64,000 nucleotides of DNA, from the NCBI GenBank assembly GCA_964106915.2, contig OZ066919.1; one strand, given 5' to 3'. Under the pieces are notes generated by a model that saw nothing but the letters and a program-made list of their open reading frames with translations, was not told where the DNA came from and did no database searches. The DNA comes from Podarcis gaigeae (Eukaryota). The position numbers and the translations under genes were made by a program. Shown piece by piece: positions 25,080 through 38,523 of the stretch (position 1 is the stretch's first letter; each line of letters begins with the position of its first letter).

Positions 25080-25680
25080 TTATTAACATTTTAAAGCCAC
25101 ATAGATAATAACCTGGGGTAGCATGACAGTTCAGCAACTTCGTTTGAGGGAAACACTTAATCATATTTATTATGTAAACACAGCATGCCTTGCCCCCGTT
25201 AAATTATTAATAGTACCATTAACATATTTACATATAAATCTTATTGCAATTGATGAAAACTGTGAACAGAACCTCACACTGTCTCCCCTTTGTAGAATAG
25301 ATTCTCTGTATTTTACAGAGACCCATTTATTAAAGGGACAAAATACTTCTTTTTTTTGGCTCAAAGTTCATGTCGAAAATGTTGCCTCCGCAGTTTTGGA
25401 AATTGGCATTAATGTGAAACCCAGTGACACTGATTTCTTCCCCCCACAATCTTCATTTCTTTTCAAAATGTGTCATTATTATATAGTGTAATTAATGCAT
25501 TGCATTTCAGTTGCTCTTGTAGCATTTTAAAATTTTTGATGAATAAGAAGCAGCCCCCTGCTAATAATATAATATCAGAATTTCATTATTTTCCTTTGTA
25601 TTGATAATTTTACTCTTATAGTCTTAGAAGATAACAAATGCAGACAAGCTGATATATTTAATTGGATCAATGTCTGGGGA
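25080..25680. promoter_or_regulatory. AT-rich candidate CNE
   Basis: Repeat-free with dense TAAT/ATTA cores, GTAAACA and TGACAG. Conservation inferred. Confidence 0.4.
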
Positions 25681-25959
25681 ATTTCAAAAGCTTTCATGGG
25701 AGTCCATCATGTGTATCTTGAAAGCCAGATAGCCCTACACAAATCAAGGATAGTCCAGTGACACTATCCCTTTCCTAGCCATCTTCTCCTTAGCAACAAC
25801 TATAAAAATTAGAATTCAGAACCTATCTTCTCTCTTTTTGTTTTGTTTATTGTTACCTTTAAGCTTAACCTGGTGTGCTGAGCATGCCAACTTGATTGTA
25901 ACATCTGCAGCAAATTCTCTGGGGTTTCTTTACCATTGTTGAACTGTCCTACTCCAGGC

Positions 25960-26095
25960 CAGTATTCCTCAACCTTGGATTCCCAGATGTGGTTGGATTA
26001 CAACTGCCATCACCCCAAACCTCTCCTTTATCTGTCTGGGGGCTATGGGAGCTGTGGTGCAACAATATCTGGGGACCCAAGATTGAAGAATATTC
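25960..26095. mobile_element. Short palindromic hAT-like MITE
   Basis: Arms tattcctcaaccttggattcccagat / atctggggacccaagattgaagaata. Confidence 0.7.
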
Positions 26096-27696
26096 CTTTA
26101 GTCATCCCTCTTTGGTTGGGACCTCGCTCAATTTCCATTTGGGGGCTAACAAAACACAGGCTGCAGTAGTAGCGTACATAAATATTTATATTTTCTTCCA
26201 CTAGGACTAATTCCTGTTCTTGGCATAGCTATGTTACCCTAGACTCCCTGTGCTTCAGTTTATTCTCCTGAAGCTTTGAACCGTTAGCATGAACAGGAAG
26301 GCAGTGGCAAAGAATACATGTATCTACATACACCCTATACTCACCTTGTTCTGGATACTGACTATAAATTCTTTCTTGGAAAAAATAAGTATTTGATATA
26401 AGTGTTTGATCCTTCCCCCCCCCCCCAGCAATTTCTCATGAAACAGGCACTTTCAGAAAAATCATAAGAAAGCAATTGTTTCAAATTGGTCATTTGGGAC
26501 TCAAATTACTAATCTAATACATTTTTATGGAGGTTTGCTGAGAGCTCCTATAAAATACAGTCTGTGAAGCTGCCCCAACATACCAGCGTTTTGAGTCTGA
26601 CAGATCGAACCCAACAATCTCTCTGGGCTATTCAGGTTTAGGACCTGTGAGGCTGTTGCTGCCACCATGATAGAAATGTTTATATTCCTTCATCAATAGT
26701 GCCTGCCTTGCTTTTAAACTCTTCTGGGGTGGATTTTCCACCTTGCCCTGATTGGGGGTGGGAGGTGGGGAGGGGACAGAAATGGAGCATTTGAAAGAGG
26801 AGAATTGAGGAGCACTTTCTAGATGAATTCCCTCCAGTTGCACCTTGTCTTGCCACCAATTTGGGATATCGAAATCCGAGTTCTTAGACTAATGTAGTTA
26901 TTGGCTCATTTCTCTTTTTGTCTGGATAGAGAAGAGGTTGCTGTAGTAAGAAGAGTGTTGGGTCCCTTTCTACTAGGGCTCTTTAGTGGGACGACAACCC
27001 CACACACCCATACCCTGGGAACATTTGTGGTATGACATTTCAGCAGGAGGCTATGGGACACACCCTGATTGGAAACAAATCTACCCTAAAAATATTGCAG
27101 GTGCAAACAATAGTGAAAGAGACATAATGCATAACTGCTCCAATATCATCATGAGGACAAATAATTATGAATGCATGATCTGAAGAGTTCCATAGTGCTG
27201 TATTCTCCCAAAGAATTCCAGTATTCCCATTAGCTATGGGCAAAATCCTAATGATATTTATTAAGCAATAAACACCACTTGCTTTGATGGGACTTACTCT
27301 CCACAAAGTGCATTTATGATCTCAGGTTTTGATCAGCAAAGGTTTCCCTGAGGTATGTTTTAAAGTAGTGCCTTCTTTTCCTGGCTCCTAGCTCTTTATT
27401 GTTCATTTCCTAATTATACCCTTCAGTCAGCAAAAATCTCCCCATTTAACATTGTTTAAATCAGCCCCTTCTCCCTGTACGAATTCCCTTCTGACCTAGC
27501 CCAGGAAATAACGAATTAAAGAGCCAGTAGCCAGGAGAAACAGGAGTGGCTGAAAACCACATTAAAAAGGTAGACCTTTACTGAAATTAGCCCTTTCCAT
27601 TAGTTGTTCTTGAACTCACCAGCAGAATTATTGAAAATGGTCTTTAAAAAACAATACCTGGATCATCTAAAATAAAAATTCTGCAATTGTGCTTTA

Positions 27697-27938
27697 CAGT
27701 GGTACCTCGAGTTACAGACGCTTCAGGTTACATACGCTTCAGGTTACAGAATCCACTAACCCAGAAATAGTACCTCGGGTTAAGAACTTTGCTTCAGGAT
27801 GAGAACAGAAATTGCACGACGGCGGCACGGCAGCAGTGGGAGGCCCCATTAGCTAAAGTGGTACCTCAGGTTAAGAACAGTTTCAGGTTAAGAATGGACC
27901 TCCAGAACGAATTAAGTTCTTAACCCGAGGTACCACTG
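27697..27938 (-). mobile_element. Tigger/pogo-like MITE, 242 bp, inverted relative to the 20238 copy
   Basis: TIR cagtggtacctcgagtta / taacccgaggtaccactg, TA TSD. Internal gaggccccattagctaaag is the reverse complement of the 20238 copy. Confidence 0.92.
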
Positions 27939-28253
27939 TATTTTAAAAAATCATTATGTTTTAATTGTACACTCATGTTTCAGTAAAAAAGCAATATCAG
28001 ATTATGATTTTTTAAACAATGAAATTCCAGCTGCCTGGGAAAGACCCACATAGCAAGACATGTAAATACAGTGGCATCAGGAAATGCAAGCAAACAATAC
28101 AGGGCATCAGTGGTAGTTTGTCACTCTATGCTGGACAGGTTGGTGCTGCAACTGAAACTGCATTCAAAGTCAGAAAATCACCACAAATCAGGTGTTTCAA
28201 AATCAACATGTAAAACATTAGAATTGTAACAGGTGACCATTGATACTGTCTGA

Positions 28254-28495
28254 GGGCTTATCCACACTTAATTTTTGTCCCACTCTTTCCAGACACAGGT
28301 CCATGCTTTAAAGCTCTGTGTCTGAGTGTGGAGTGTTGTTGTTTTTTGCCCCAGAGCTTTCACCGCGAAAATGTGCTCTTTAGCAGTCAATTGGAGCAAA
28401 CGTCAGTTCGAATTTTCTGTGGATTGCCATTTGCTCCAATTAAGCATTAAAGAACATATTTTTTTTGCGGGGAAAGCTCTGGAGCAAAAAGAAAG
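28254..28495. mobile_element. Palindromic MITE fragment (PIF/Harbinger-like, tentative)
   Basis: Starts gggcttatccacactt. About 60-bp internal inverted arms at 28342-28402 / 28427-28490. Confidence 0.65.
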
Positions 28496-30512
28496 AAAAA
28501 GAAAGAGTGTTTCTTGAGTTCTGTGTAATAACCATGGGCTGGGGGTGCACATTACTACTTACTTTGGCTCCAGTGTGCTCCCACCACTGGTGGTTCAAGG
28601 TGAGTGCACATGACATTAGCCACAACCCATCTGCATCTTGTAGTTTCTTGAGAAATACTGCTGACTGATGCACTTTCCCTCAGACTGGGTTCCATCCGAT
28701 TCAAAAACGTAAGTCACAGTTAAGCTAAGGTTTGTATGTTGTAGACATTTTAGATGATGGCACATTTTAATAGGAATTAATAGGAGCTGCAGGCATGGGG
28801 AAACAAATCCGGTAATAACTTACAGTGTGTACAACACCACAGAATGTGACTTGACAAGGGGAAATGATCTCCCTTCATTTTAAGCTGCTAATTTGTACAT
28901 GCCTTTAGTCTTGGACCAGGGAGAAGTGTGGTTAGAGCTTTACTCAGCCAGGCAATTTATGTGGCAGTGTTAGGGAAATCACTTTGGAAGAGACAGTCCA
29001 GGAAAGCAGTTGAAGAAGACAGTGTGGCTCCTTCATCCTTTGGCCATGCTGAACATTTTGTTTGGTGCATGTGCATGTACACACAAGTGGATACAGAAGA
29101 TGAATGTTCTTAACAGAAGTGTGGGAAAGCAGAATGTGGGGCTCCAGCCCATTCTCCTCATCTTACCCTTTTCTTGACTCTTCCACTTTCCTTGCTTTAT
29201 CTCCTGCCACTTCCCCCATTCTACAACTGCTGCTTCCCTTCCCTGTGGTTCTTCATGTATCAATAAGCTACTGCTCCTGGTATAACAAGACCAGGCTAAA
29301 TCTGCTTAGCCTTGCCCCATGTGTGCCAAAGTAGCAACCACATCTTGCAGAGATGTCGGTAAACAATACCTTGCCTCTTCTCCCCATAGAAGAAATGGAG
29401 AGTGCCAGAGTGCGCCATGAATGACCATGAGCCATCTGGTCAGTGTCCTCTCCCTGATGAACCACTTACTTAAAGCTTCATGGGGAGTATATGGGAAAGA
29501 AGTCTGTGATGCAAGTAGTCACCCTGCCAACAATCTTTCCCCAATGTTTTAGCATACATATGCATACTTTCCTAAGCTTAAGTCATAGAAGGTCAGTTCC
29601 CCCCACCCCGCTTTTATGGTTGTTGTAAAAATAATTAAATCAGGAAGTGCAATCCTGTACATGTCTAGTTAGATGTCTCATTGAGTTCAGTGGGGCTTGT
29701 TCTCAGTTTAGGAGGTATAGGATTGCAGCGTGGACCTTCTAATATTCTTCTATAGAAATCATATAGCAGTCAGTTCCACAGTTTAATTTCTTTTATTTGC
29801 TATCTGGTTGAAGCTTGTTGGTATGTGTCAAACCTTCTGTTGCTGATATGGAGAATTCTGCATTACTTTAGTAAATTAGACACTAGATTATCTTTAGCCA
29901 TTCTCCAGTCCTGTGTTTCTTAACAACAATTGAGCTTTAATACATGCAAAATTATGAAGCTTAGGATGTGTTGACATCCTGCCTTTTTGTGATCCAGGAG
30001 AGGTGGAGAGAGGGCCTAGCAGACTGTAAAAAGAAATCAAACAGTGAAGAGAAACAACCCCTGAGCTTGCCAAGGAGCAGACTCAATATTGTCTTTTCTG
30101 TTCTCCGACTCATCCCCCCCCCTTCTTTTATGAGCTGCTCTCATTGGCAGCAACATAAAAATGTGGTTGTAAGGAAGAGGATTGTTTTGATAGCGCCTGC
30201 TATTCTGGACTAGACAGCTGAAGAAGCACTGGAGTGGAAAAGTAAAAAGATGGAGAGGAAATTTGCAAGGAACAACTGGGGGGAGCTGAACCAGTCTCAG
30301 TCTTTCTCTGGGACAGTTTACATTGGCAACCTTTGAGGAATCCAGTAAGCTGTGCTTCTCTCTTGAACATACAAAGGTTAGATAATACTTTGACATCAAA
30401 TGACTGACATGTTTCAAGGCAGGCAGAGCTTTTTCTCACTAATTGTACCTTCCATAATGCCAGTTCTGTGTTTGTGGAAGGGAAGGGTTTGTGACTAAAC
30501 CTAGACTAGGCA

Positions 30513-30513
30513 C

Positions 30514-30549
<36 letters not shown>
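30513..30549. repeat. (GAT)n microsatellite
   Basis: Direct reading. Confidence 0.95.
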
Positions 30550-30552
<3 letters not shown>

Positions 30553-30839
30553 ATTATTTATGTGCTGCCTTGTATCCTAAGACTATATGTTACTTATATA
30601 CAACAATAATAATTGAAAGTAATCACACTAGGCATCCCTCCCGGTACACATTTCTTACCATAAAGTGATCACAAGTGATCACCTTAAAAAAGCAGCTAAA
30701 AGCCATCCACTGAGTAAGCCAGCTACATATATCAACATTCAAATGGCACCCCAAAAAGCCAATGCTACTCATATATTCAGACAGCCTGGTCCCAGTTGTA
30801 AGTATGGCCATTTAATTTTGAGCCAGTTGAAATGTCTGA

Positions 30840-31140
30840 ACTATCTTCAAAGGCAGCCCTATGTATTAGGCATTACAACAGTCTAAATTTGTGGTTACCA
30901 GAGCATAAACAACTGAAGTCAAGCTATCCTCATTGAAATAGGGGTGTAGTTGGGTCACCAGCTGAATCTAGCAGAAGGCATTTGGTGCCACAGAGTCCAC
31001 CTGGACCTCCATGACAGTGATGGATCCAGGAGTAACCTCAAAGTAGAAACCTGCTCCTTCAATGAGAGTGTAACCTCAGTCATAACTGGGTTATGGTTAG
31101 GTTCTCCCTGTCCAGATAAGTGTGTACCTCGGTCACTAGC
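30840..31140 (-). mobile_element. L2 LINE ORF2 fragment
   Basis: Antisense peptide VTLSLKEQVSTL.LLLDPSLS and LVT..LDCCNA-like motif. Confidence 0.75.
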
Positions 31141-31170
31141 CGAAGCTGATAGAAGGCACTCAGCACCACT

Positions 31171-31450
31171 GAGCCAGTGTGGCGTAGTGGTTAAGAGTGG
31201 TGGACTCGTAATCTGGTGAACTGGGTTCACGTCCCTGCTGCTCCACATGCAGCTGCTGGGTGACCTTGGGCTAGTCACACTTCTTGAAGTCTCTCAGCCT
31301 CACTCACCTCACAAAGTGTTTCGTTGTGGGGGAGGAAGGGAAAGGAGATTGTTAGCTGCTTTGAGACTCCTTAGGGTAATGATGAAGTGGGATATCAAAC
31401 CCAAACTACTACTACTACTACTCTTCCTCCTCCTCCTCTTCTTCTTCTTC
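31171..31450 (+). mobile_element. Squam3 (MIR/Ther1-derived) SINE with (CTA/CTC/CTT)n tail
   Basis: gagccagtgtggcgtagtggttaagag head, CORE gctgggtgaccttgggctagtcac, tail gggatatcaaacccaaact plus triplet repeats. Confidence 0.9.
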
Positions 31451-31645
31451 ACCTGAGCCTCAAGTGACAGCAAAGGATCCTGAAGCTACATAATTGATCC
31501 TTCAGAGGGAGTGTAGCCCTATCAAGGGCAGGCAACCTCCCATCCATCCAGTCCAGGGAACTACCCACTAACAGAGCCTCAGTCATATCTGGATTGAGCT
31601 TCAGTTTGTCTCTCATCCAGTCCATTACTGATGCAAGACAACAGT
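31451..31645 (-). mobile_element. L2 LINE ORF2 fragment
   Basis: Antisense ORF CLASVMDWMR.KLKLNPDMTEALLVG...LPLKDQ, a typical L2 RT C-terminal motif. Confidence 0.85.
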
Positions 31646-32367
31646 CCTTCATCTCCACTGCCACACCTTTCAACTCTCAACTTTCTATTTTCAACTTTCC
31701 TTCTAACTTCTAACTAAGCTTGGTCCTTCAAACTAACAGTGAGCCAGTGGAGGGGCCCCACCCATTTGCCATCTCACACAGAGCCCCTTTCTTTTGTTTC
31801 CCTTAATGGCCCATCACCCAGGCAAGCACCTCAATTTAGGAAGCTAGCCTGGCTTATATTTTAACACTTGCAGAATCCAGGGGTTAGAAGGGTCTCACAT
31901 ACAGCCTACTTTCTCCCCCTCAAGAGCAAGAAATGCTTTGAAAATAAAATGTAAGTTTGAGTGGTTTTGTAAAAGGCTGGCTTCCCCAAAAGAGTCCTGT
32001 GAGCTGCAAAAGTGCTATTCAGCTTTTTCTAGTTTTTCTAGTTTTTTGGGGGTGCGGGTGTCCTTTGTAATCTGTTGAGGGCCTCTTTCCAACTGGCACT
32101 CAGGAACAGCAGATTTTGCAAGTTCTACATTCCTTCCCCTAAATTAAACCTTTGTTAGCTCTCTTGGAATGCTTATACAATTCTGTATTTGTTCACGTGG
32201 AATCTGATGCAGAGACACTCCCTCAACCAATCAATTTAAGTTGACTACTGCAAAGCATGGATAATAATTATAAAGAAGGGAACAATATTTTTATCCGTTC
32301 TGTGCATAAGTTTACAAACCAGTTTCATGTCCCTTGTTACGGTAGTTGCATTTTCCTTGAACTATAG

Positions 32368-32468
32368 TAATGGGGATCCTTTAGGCTTTCTGATGTTGTT
32401 GGACTCCAGTGTTCAGGGATGATGGAAGCTGTAGTCCAGTAGCATCCAGAGGGCCACCAGTTCCCTGG
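32368..32468. mobile_element. Truncated palindromic hAT-like MITE
   Basis: gatgttgttggact...gatgatggaagctgtagtccagtagcatccagagggccacc. Confidence 0.55.
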
Positions 32469-32659
32469 GGTGACCAGAACTGTGCACAGTATTTCATAAA
32501 TTTATATAGTCATTATGATAGTGGCAGCCTTATTTTCAGCCACTTTCATTATCCTAGGATGAAATTTGCTGAATTTTGTTTCCTGCCCCACACTGAGATG
32601 AGGATCCAGGTCAGGGACCCTGTCATAATGGCTAGGCGGCATTAACACTGTCTGTCTGT

Positions 32660-32664
32660 GTGTG

Positions 32665-32697
<33 letters not shown>
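32660..32697. repeat. (TG)n microsatellite
   Basis: Direct reading. Confidence 0.95.
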
Positions 32698-32699
<2 letters not shown>

Positions 32700-33019
32700 C
32701 ACGCTATTTGCATTAGAAGTAGAAATCCTATTTAATGGGTTTTACAACCACACAAGCCAATAAATAGCATCCTGTTGCACAAAATCTTGATACATTATTC
32801 TGACTGACTCACTGAGCTCTTCACCCTGATCCTTACCCACTTACACACTGCCATCAGTATGTGTACAGTTCTTTATATAAGTCCAAGAGGATAGGTGTCC
32901 TTGCTTTGAAGCTCTCACCATCTAAAATCCATATCACAAGCAGTTACATCCCATAACAGAGTGTTCCATAGGTCTATAGTGAGCAGTGAGAGAGAGTTAT
33001 ATTTTTATTAGTTTATAAA

Positions 33020-33360
33020 GCCTGCAACATGTTCATTTAACTGCCTTCCCTCTAGCTCTTTGTATTATGTGAAAATGTATTTAACTTTTTCTGATTAATT
33101 TATTATTCGATGTTCCTTTAGCTATGTCATTTGAATCATAATCATCGTTTTGGTAAAAGCCTCAAGCCGATCATTTCATTGCTGTTTTAAATGACTATGG
33201 TGCCTTTTTGTTTTTCGTTCAGCAAGAATATGAATAAGTGCTTTCGCAGATGAAATTAGTGGGCAGAAATGACTAGTTCTACCGTCTCACTTGTAAAAAT
33301 ATATCCTCAAATAAGAGGAGTGTTGTTCATTGGGGGGGTCTGACGTTTTAAAATTACAAA
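33020..33360. promoter_or_regulatory. Candidate CNE
   Basis: Repeat-free AT-rich block with TGATTAAT, TAAT cores and retained CpGs. Confidence 0.35.
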
Positions 33361-33364
33361 TGAA

Positions 33365-34111
33365 TGTAACAAATCTATAAGTATTTACTCTGTGAAACGT
33401 TTGAGCTGAGCAGTGTAAATCATTGCTGATTTACATATAGATTTGTGAGATGTGGGTGCTTCATATCTCTTGGACCCCAAGCTGATCCCTCTCTGCTTAG
33501 TATAGGCAGCACAAGAGGCCGACCTTTGCCAAAGTTGCCCCCCCACCCCGGCACAACCACCCTGGGCAGCTATTGGGCACATTACGCCACTGATCCTCAG
33601 GAACAGGTCCAGTGACACAGCCCTACTCTCCTTTTTCCAAGAGCAATAGCCCTACACATTGCGGTGATTATGGTTTTCTGACAAGTAGACTTGGTCTGTT
33701 CATGCTGGCACATCCAAGAGACAGAGATGGGGTCTACCCAGCTGGCTCAGTATCCGATTCAGCTTCAGGTACCTCCCCAGTTGCCAGGGAAATAGTGCTA
33801 ATATGAGGCAGGGTAGGGGCCAGTTCAGACAGTTCTTCCTCCTCTACTGAAATATCTAGCACTATCTCCTACGTAGGTGCCAACTCCCTGAGGCCCTGGC
33901 TGCCCAAGCCCTCACCAATTTCAGTCCCAGGGCCATGCACACTGAATGGCACCCACAGCCTTGGGCACTCGTGGTTGCAGCACCAAGTTGGCACTCCTGA
34001 TCTCCTGACAGGCTACTCAGCTGCTCCCCAGCACCAAGCTCAGCACTCTCATCCAGATCCTCCTTCCCCTCTGAACAATCATGCCAGAGAGTCTCTACAG
34101 AGCTTAAGACA
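33365..34111 (-). mobile_element. Possible solo LTR (Gypsy-like), degraded
   Basis: On the minus strand it begins TGTC, has a GA-rich U3-like part, a TATA-like tatactaag and AGTAAA, and ends TTACA. No matching TSD. Confidence 0.35.
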
Positions 34112-34833
34112 GTAATAAAATTGTATAGTTTCCACTTTGTGCATGTATGAAGCTTTGTCTGAAGCATCCAGTGGAAGTCAGTGAGAGAGTCAGATACTGA
34201 GTTCAGAGGGCCCTTCATTGGAAATAGTCACACTTGTCCTAGCACTGCTGTTGCAAGGACAGCACCCTCACCCCACTTTTAATGATAGGAAATGGTAACT
34301 GCATCTATTCTCAGACTTGGTATATTGGTGAGCTGTCAATACTGTACGTAGATGTGTTTATTATCTGAATACTGTATCCTTTGCAGGGTCAAGATGAAAT
34401 CTACTCTTAGTGGAACAACACAGGCACAACTCTTTGTAGTCAAGCTCTCAAGACCACCAAAGGTTTCTTGGGACATGCTGTTGTTTGCTTATCTCCCTTT
34501 GATACCCTCAAAGTTTAGGTGGTCCTTATTTTTATGGCTAGCACTTAACAATCTCCTGTTCGCCTCCTGCTGATGAGACTTTCTCTCATGTCCATCTTGC
34601 TGGAACAATGTTTGAGGAGTTATTTATGTTAGCCAAGGAAGAAAGGCCCCTTGGGAGAATGGAATCTTGTGGCAGGAGGTGAGTCTGACACAACGTCCCT
34701 GAATGGGAATGCATGGTAAGAATTGGAAGAGGAAAAGGGAGGGCTGCCAAATTACAGTCTCATTTTATGTCTAGCTCTGTGTCCAAACTTCAGTTTAGAC
34801 AGTGGCATGAGGAACTTAGGATATTTCCAGATC

Positions 34834-34834
<1 letters not shown>

Positions 34835-34873
<39 letters not shown>
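34835..34873. repeat. (CA)n microsatellite
   Basis: Direct reading. Confidence 0.95.
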
Positions 34874-34875
<2 letters not shown>

Positions 34876-35799
34876 TGCCTTACAGTGACAAGTGAAAATC
34901 ATTCAGATTTACACCATTTTAGCTGGCGTCAAAGAGTTGTGAGGTCTTCAGATCTTTGCAAACTGAACTTATAACAAAGCTAAGGCCTCTGCTTGGTACT
35001 ACTGGCCAAGAACATCTGTGAACATCAAGCTGCTGAATCAGTGTGTCTACAAGGATTAGGGGTGCAGGTGAGTCATCATGGCTTTTAGCTCGTTTCACAC
35101 CGTCTTTTAAGGACCAGCTCAGCAATTCAAAAATATCAGCTGTTGGACAGTCCAAACAACACTTGTTACTGTGGCAATGAGCTAATCCCCTATTTGCAGT
35201 CTGAAGTGGTACAATTCAGGAAAGATTGTACCATGTCAAATTTCCCCCAAAAAGTATTAGATTCCTATTTTTTAGTATCTGGGATGTAGGATATCCTTGC
35301 TTGGTTTCCAATGTCTTCTGTCCTTCAGGTATAAGTTTTACATTCATAGAACTGGATGATTGACTGTTGAGTGTCAACACCAACATTTAACATAGTTCGC
35401 CTCAAGTGAAAAGGAATGACATCAGCAGGTTTTAGAGGAAGTTGGAATCCTGAGGTAAAATCAACTGCACTGTGAAGGTTAGCAAAAGGAACATGTTGAC
35501 TTATTTTGGACTGCTACCTCTACCATTTCAGTATTCTGATCTCCATTCCATGTAAAACAATGGCAGGCTCCATGCACCACATGGGATGGGCTCCCCCAAA
35601 AGTTCCAGAGGTGCCTTTCTAAAGTCCCCTGCACAACCAAGTAATGAGTCTTTGTGAGACCTGGACACCCCAAAATTTCCAGTTGTGCACCAACACTGAG
35701 AAAGATGTGTGTGTTCAAAGCTCTGTGCTGGCCTTTTGCCCAGGAATATTCTCAGTTACCATTTCTGCCAAATGAATGTGCCACTTCAAAGAACCTGCC

Positions 35800-36580
35800 T
35801 AGACCCCCCGCCAATTAACAACAGAGCTGGCCTTTGTTAGCCACTAAAATAATATTTCCCATCCTGCAGAGAGAAGCAAACCAACAGCTCGATCAGGGAG
35901 CCAGACTCAGCTAGTGGAGAGAATGATGCAGAGGGTCTCATGTATTGGGAATCTATGCAGGCAATCACAGCAAGCGGCTGTTGCCTGTTTTCACCACACT
36001 GAGGCTGAGCTGCAGTGTTATTCCAGTTTGCCAATGACACTTTCCAAAGCTCTTTATCCTCCCTTAGCTTTCCCCAGCCCCCACCCCACCCCCTTCCTGT
36101 TGTTCCTGCTCTCTCCAGTTATTGTCAATGCTGTAATAGAGCGATCAAAGTGCAATAAGCTAAACATGACCCATTAGCGGCGTCACAGGCATTTTTGATT
36201 TTTTTAAAAGAAAAAAAATCAAAGGCATTTATGTTTGCTTATTATGCACTTTAAACCCTGGCAATGTGATGTGATCAGAGAAGGAGAGAGAAATAAGAGA
36301 GATCCCCCCCCCACGCGCACTGTCCCTCTACCTGCCCTTCCCCCTCCCCTCATGTTGGTGCTCTCTGTGTTCATTAGTGGCCACAGCTGTGCAGCTGGCC
36401 AATTACTTGGAAATAATAAGTACATTTTGCAGTAAATTAAATATTAATTAGTGCTTGGCAGGTTGTTGTTTCTCCCCTTATTCCTGCACCACCCTCTGAA
36501 AAAAGAGGGGGGAAGAGTCATTGGAGAATAAAGCATATATTGTCCTGTTTGTGCTGACATGTCAATAACAGGGTGACAGA
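35800..36580. promoter_or_regulatory. Candidate CNE cluster
   Basis: Repeat-free with CAATTA/TAATTA homeobox cores, TGTCA/TGACAG and E-boxes CAGCTG. Confidence 0.45.
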
Positions 36581-36588
36581 ATAGAGAG

Positions 36589-37110
36589 GTGGTGCTGTGT
36601 AGTGGTTAGAATGTCATAGACTAGGACCTGGGACACCAGGGTTCAAATCCCCACTCAGCTATGAAGTTCAGTGGGTGACCTTGAGCCAGTCACTGTCTAT
36701 CAGCCTAGCCCACCTCACAGGGTTGTTGTGAGGATAAAATGAGAGAATCTTGTACACTGTCTGCAGCTACTTGGAGCCAGTGGTGGCTGGCCCCCATTGC
36801 AACCAGTAGGGCAGAAGGCATGGAGCGCCAAACACTGGGCAGATCCAGAGCCAGTGACAGACAGAGACAACTAATTCTAGCTCTGTCCCCTGCTAAGTTC
36901 TACAAGGGGCAGAACAGTGTCTCAGGAGGATGAGGCTGACATCAGTAACCCCCCCCCCCCGCCGCCGCCCCCGCCGCCTTGGCTACTTGTAAGCAGGAAG
37001 AAAGGCAGGTTGGGCTGGTTGAGGGCAGACTGGGGTTCTTGGGGCAGTGCCCCATTGGCGCTAATGAACCAATCTCTACTGCTTGGAGGAAAAATGGGAT
37101 ACAAAAAATA
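36589..37110 (+). mobile_element. Squam3/MIR-derived SINE split by a hAT MITE (SINE parts 36589-36777 and 37082-37110)
   Basis: Head gctgtgtagtggttagaatg, B box ggttcaaatcc, CORE gggtgaccttgagccagtcac. The tail cttggaggaaaaatgggatac resumes after the insert. Confidence 0.8.
36778..37081. mobile_element. hAT-type MITE nested in SINE, 304 bp
   Basis: Ends cagtggtggctgg / ccaatctctactg and 8-bp TSD cttggagc / cttggagg (7/8). Confidence 0.75.
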
Positions 37111-38389
37111 TGGGATCTACCCTGATTTCAGTGCGTATATGAAGGAGGGGTCGGGGTCAGTAATAGGCCTCATCCCTTTGCTTGGTTGTGTCTAAGGCAG
37201 AGAAACCTGTTCCTCAACTCGAAACCCACAGACTTAATCAGCCTCACTGTTTCTTCTCTCCTGGCCATCATTGCTACTGAATCCTGAATCCTTCCCCATT
37301 ATTGTTACTGGCCACTGGCATCCCAGTCCCACCACCAGCCATTTTTTCCAGGGGCAGCAGAAGTGTTTGAGTAGGGCATCAGAAGTGTAACTTTCCCCCC
37401 TATTATCTTGTAGTAGATGAGAGTCACTTTTTATTCCATTTTCTTTCCATTCCTTCTCTGCACTTCCTCTGATACAGTGGGGAAATTAAGCATGTGCTTT
37501 ACATGCTTTGATTTAAATCAGTGGGATTTAAGCCCTTTAAAAAAAAAAAGAAAGATGACCAGTCTGTCTTCTTTAGTCTCTTCGCTGATTAATTAATCTG
37601 CAATGGAAACGGTATGATATAAAGAAGAAGGAAATCCACAGACCATCCCCAACTCTTGATCCTTTTCTGTTCCCATTCAGCAAGTAAAAGTATCACTTTA
37701 GACAGAGTGGAAGAAGACTGGCTTTCTGTCACAAACTACAAGTGCAAAGCTTGAATCATTTGTACCTTTGAGCAGCCTTTCTCAACTGGTGTAGTGGTTC
37801 AGTCTACACTCTATTAACAGATCCATGAATGGAAATGAAATGGTGATTCAGGGGATGGCTGTTCCAATTAAAACCCAGGCAGGCATTTTTACAAATATGT
37901 ACCTAGTTTCACAATAACTAAGCTGGGTTCATGTTATGCCTTGCTTATGTTCAGGTGCCAGTGAAAGCACAGCTGGCCAGTGTGAGGTTTCGGATTTTCA
38001 GTGTGTATCTTTTGTACTGGCTATCATTTATTTGTGTTTCATCTTGTGCAAGCTTCTCCTTCCCTGCTGAGAAGTGTGTAACGCCAGGGGCTCTTTGAAG
38101 ACCTCTTCCTATAGGGGAGCCACCACCAGCACCCTCTTTAAACATCTGACTTTTTGAAAACATAGCCTCCTTTGCTGATAGCGTGTATATGTGCGTGTGC
38201 TATTGCAGCCAAATATTTAAATGTTTTTGTAGCATTTTTGCTCAAAAATACTATATCACTGGTATTTGTATATATGGGTGACCAGGAATTGTAGAATTAG
38301 ATGCTGGGTTTTTAACAAACGTAATCTGTATTGGTTCTTGCTTTATCAATGTCACACACTTCTCACAGTCAGTTACAATAAGATCATCA

Positions 38390-38523
38390 CATAGAACCAC
38401 AGAATTGTAGAGTTGAAAGGGACCGCGAGGGTCCTCTAGCCCAATTACCTGTGATGCAGGAACCTTTTGCTCAATGTGAGGCTTGAACCCACAGCATTTG
38501 TTCTCTACTGATTGAGGTATCCC
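38390..38523 (-). mobile_element. tRNA-Lys-derived SINE with CR1 tail
   Basis: Same structure as 2017-2169. Confidence 0.7.
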
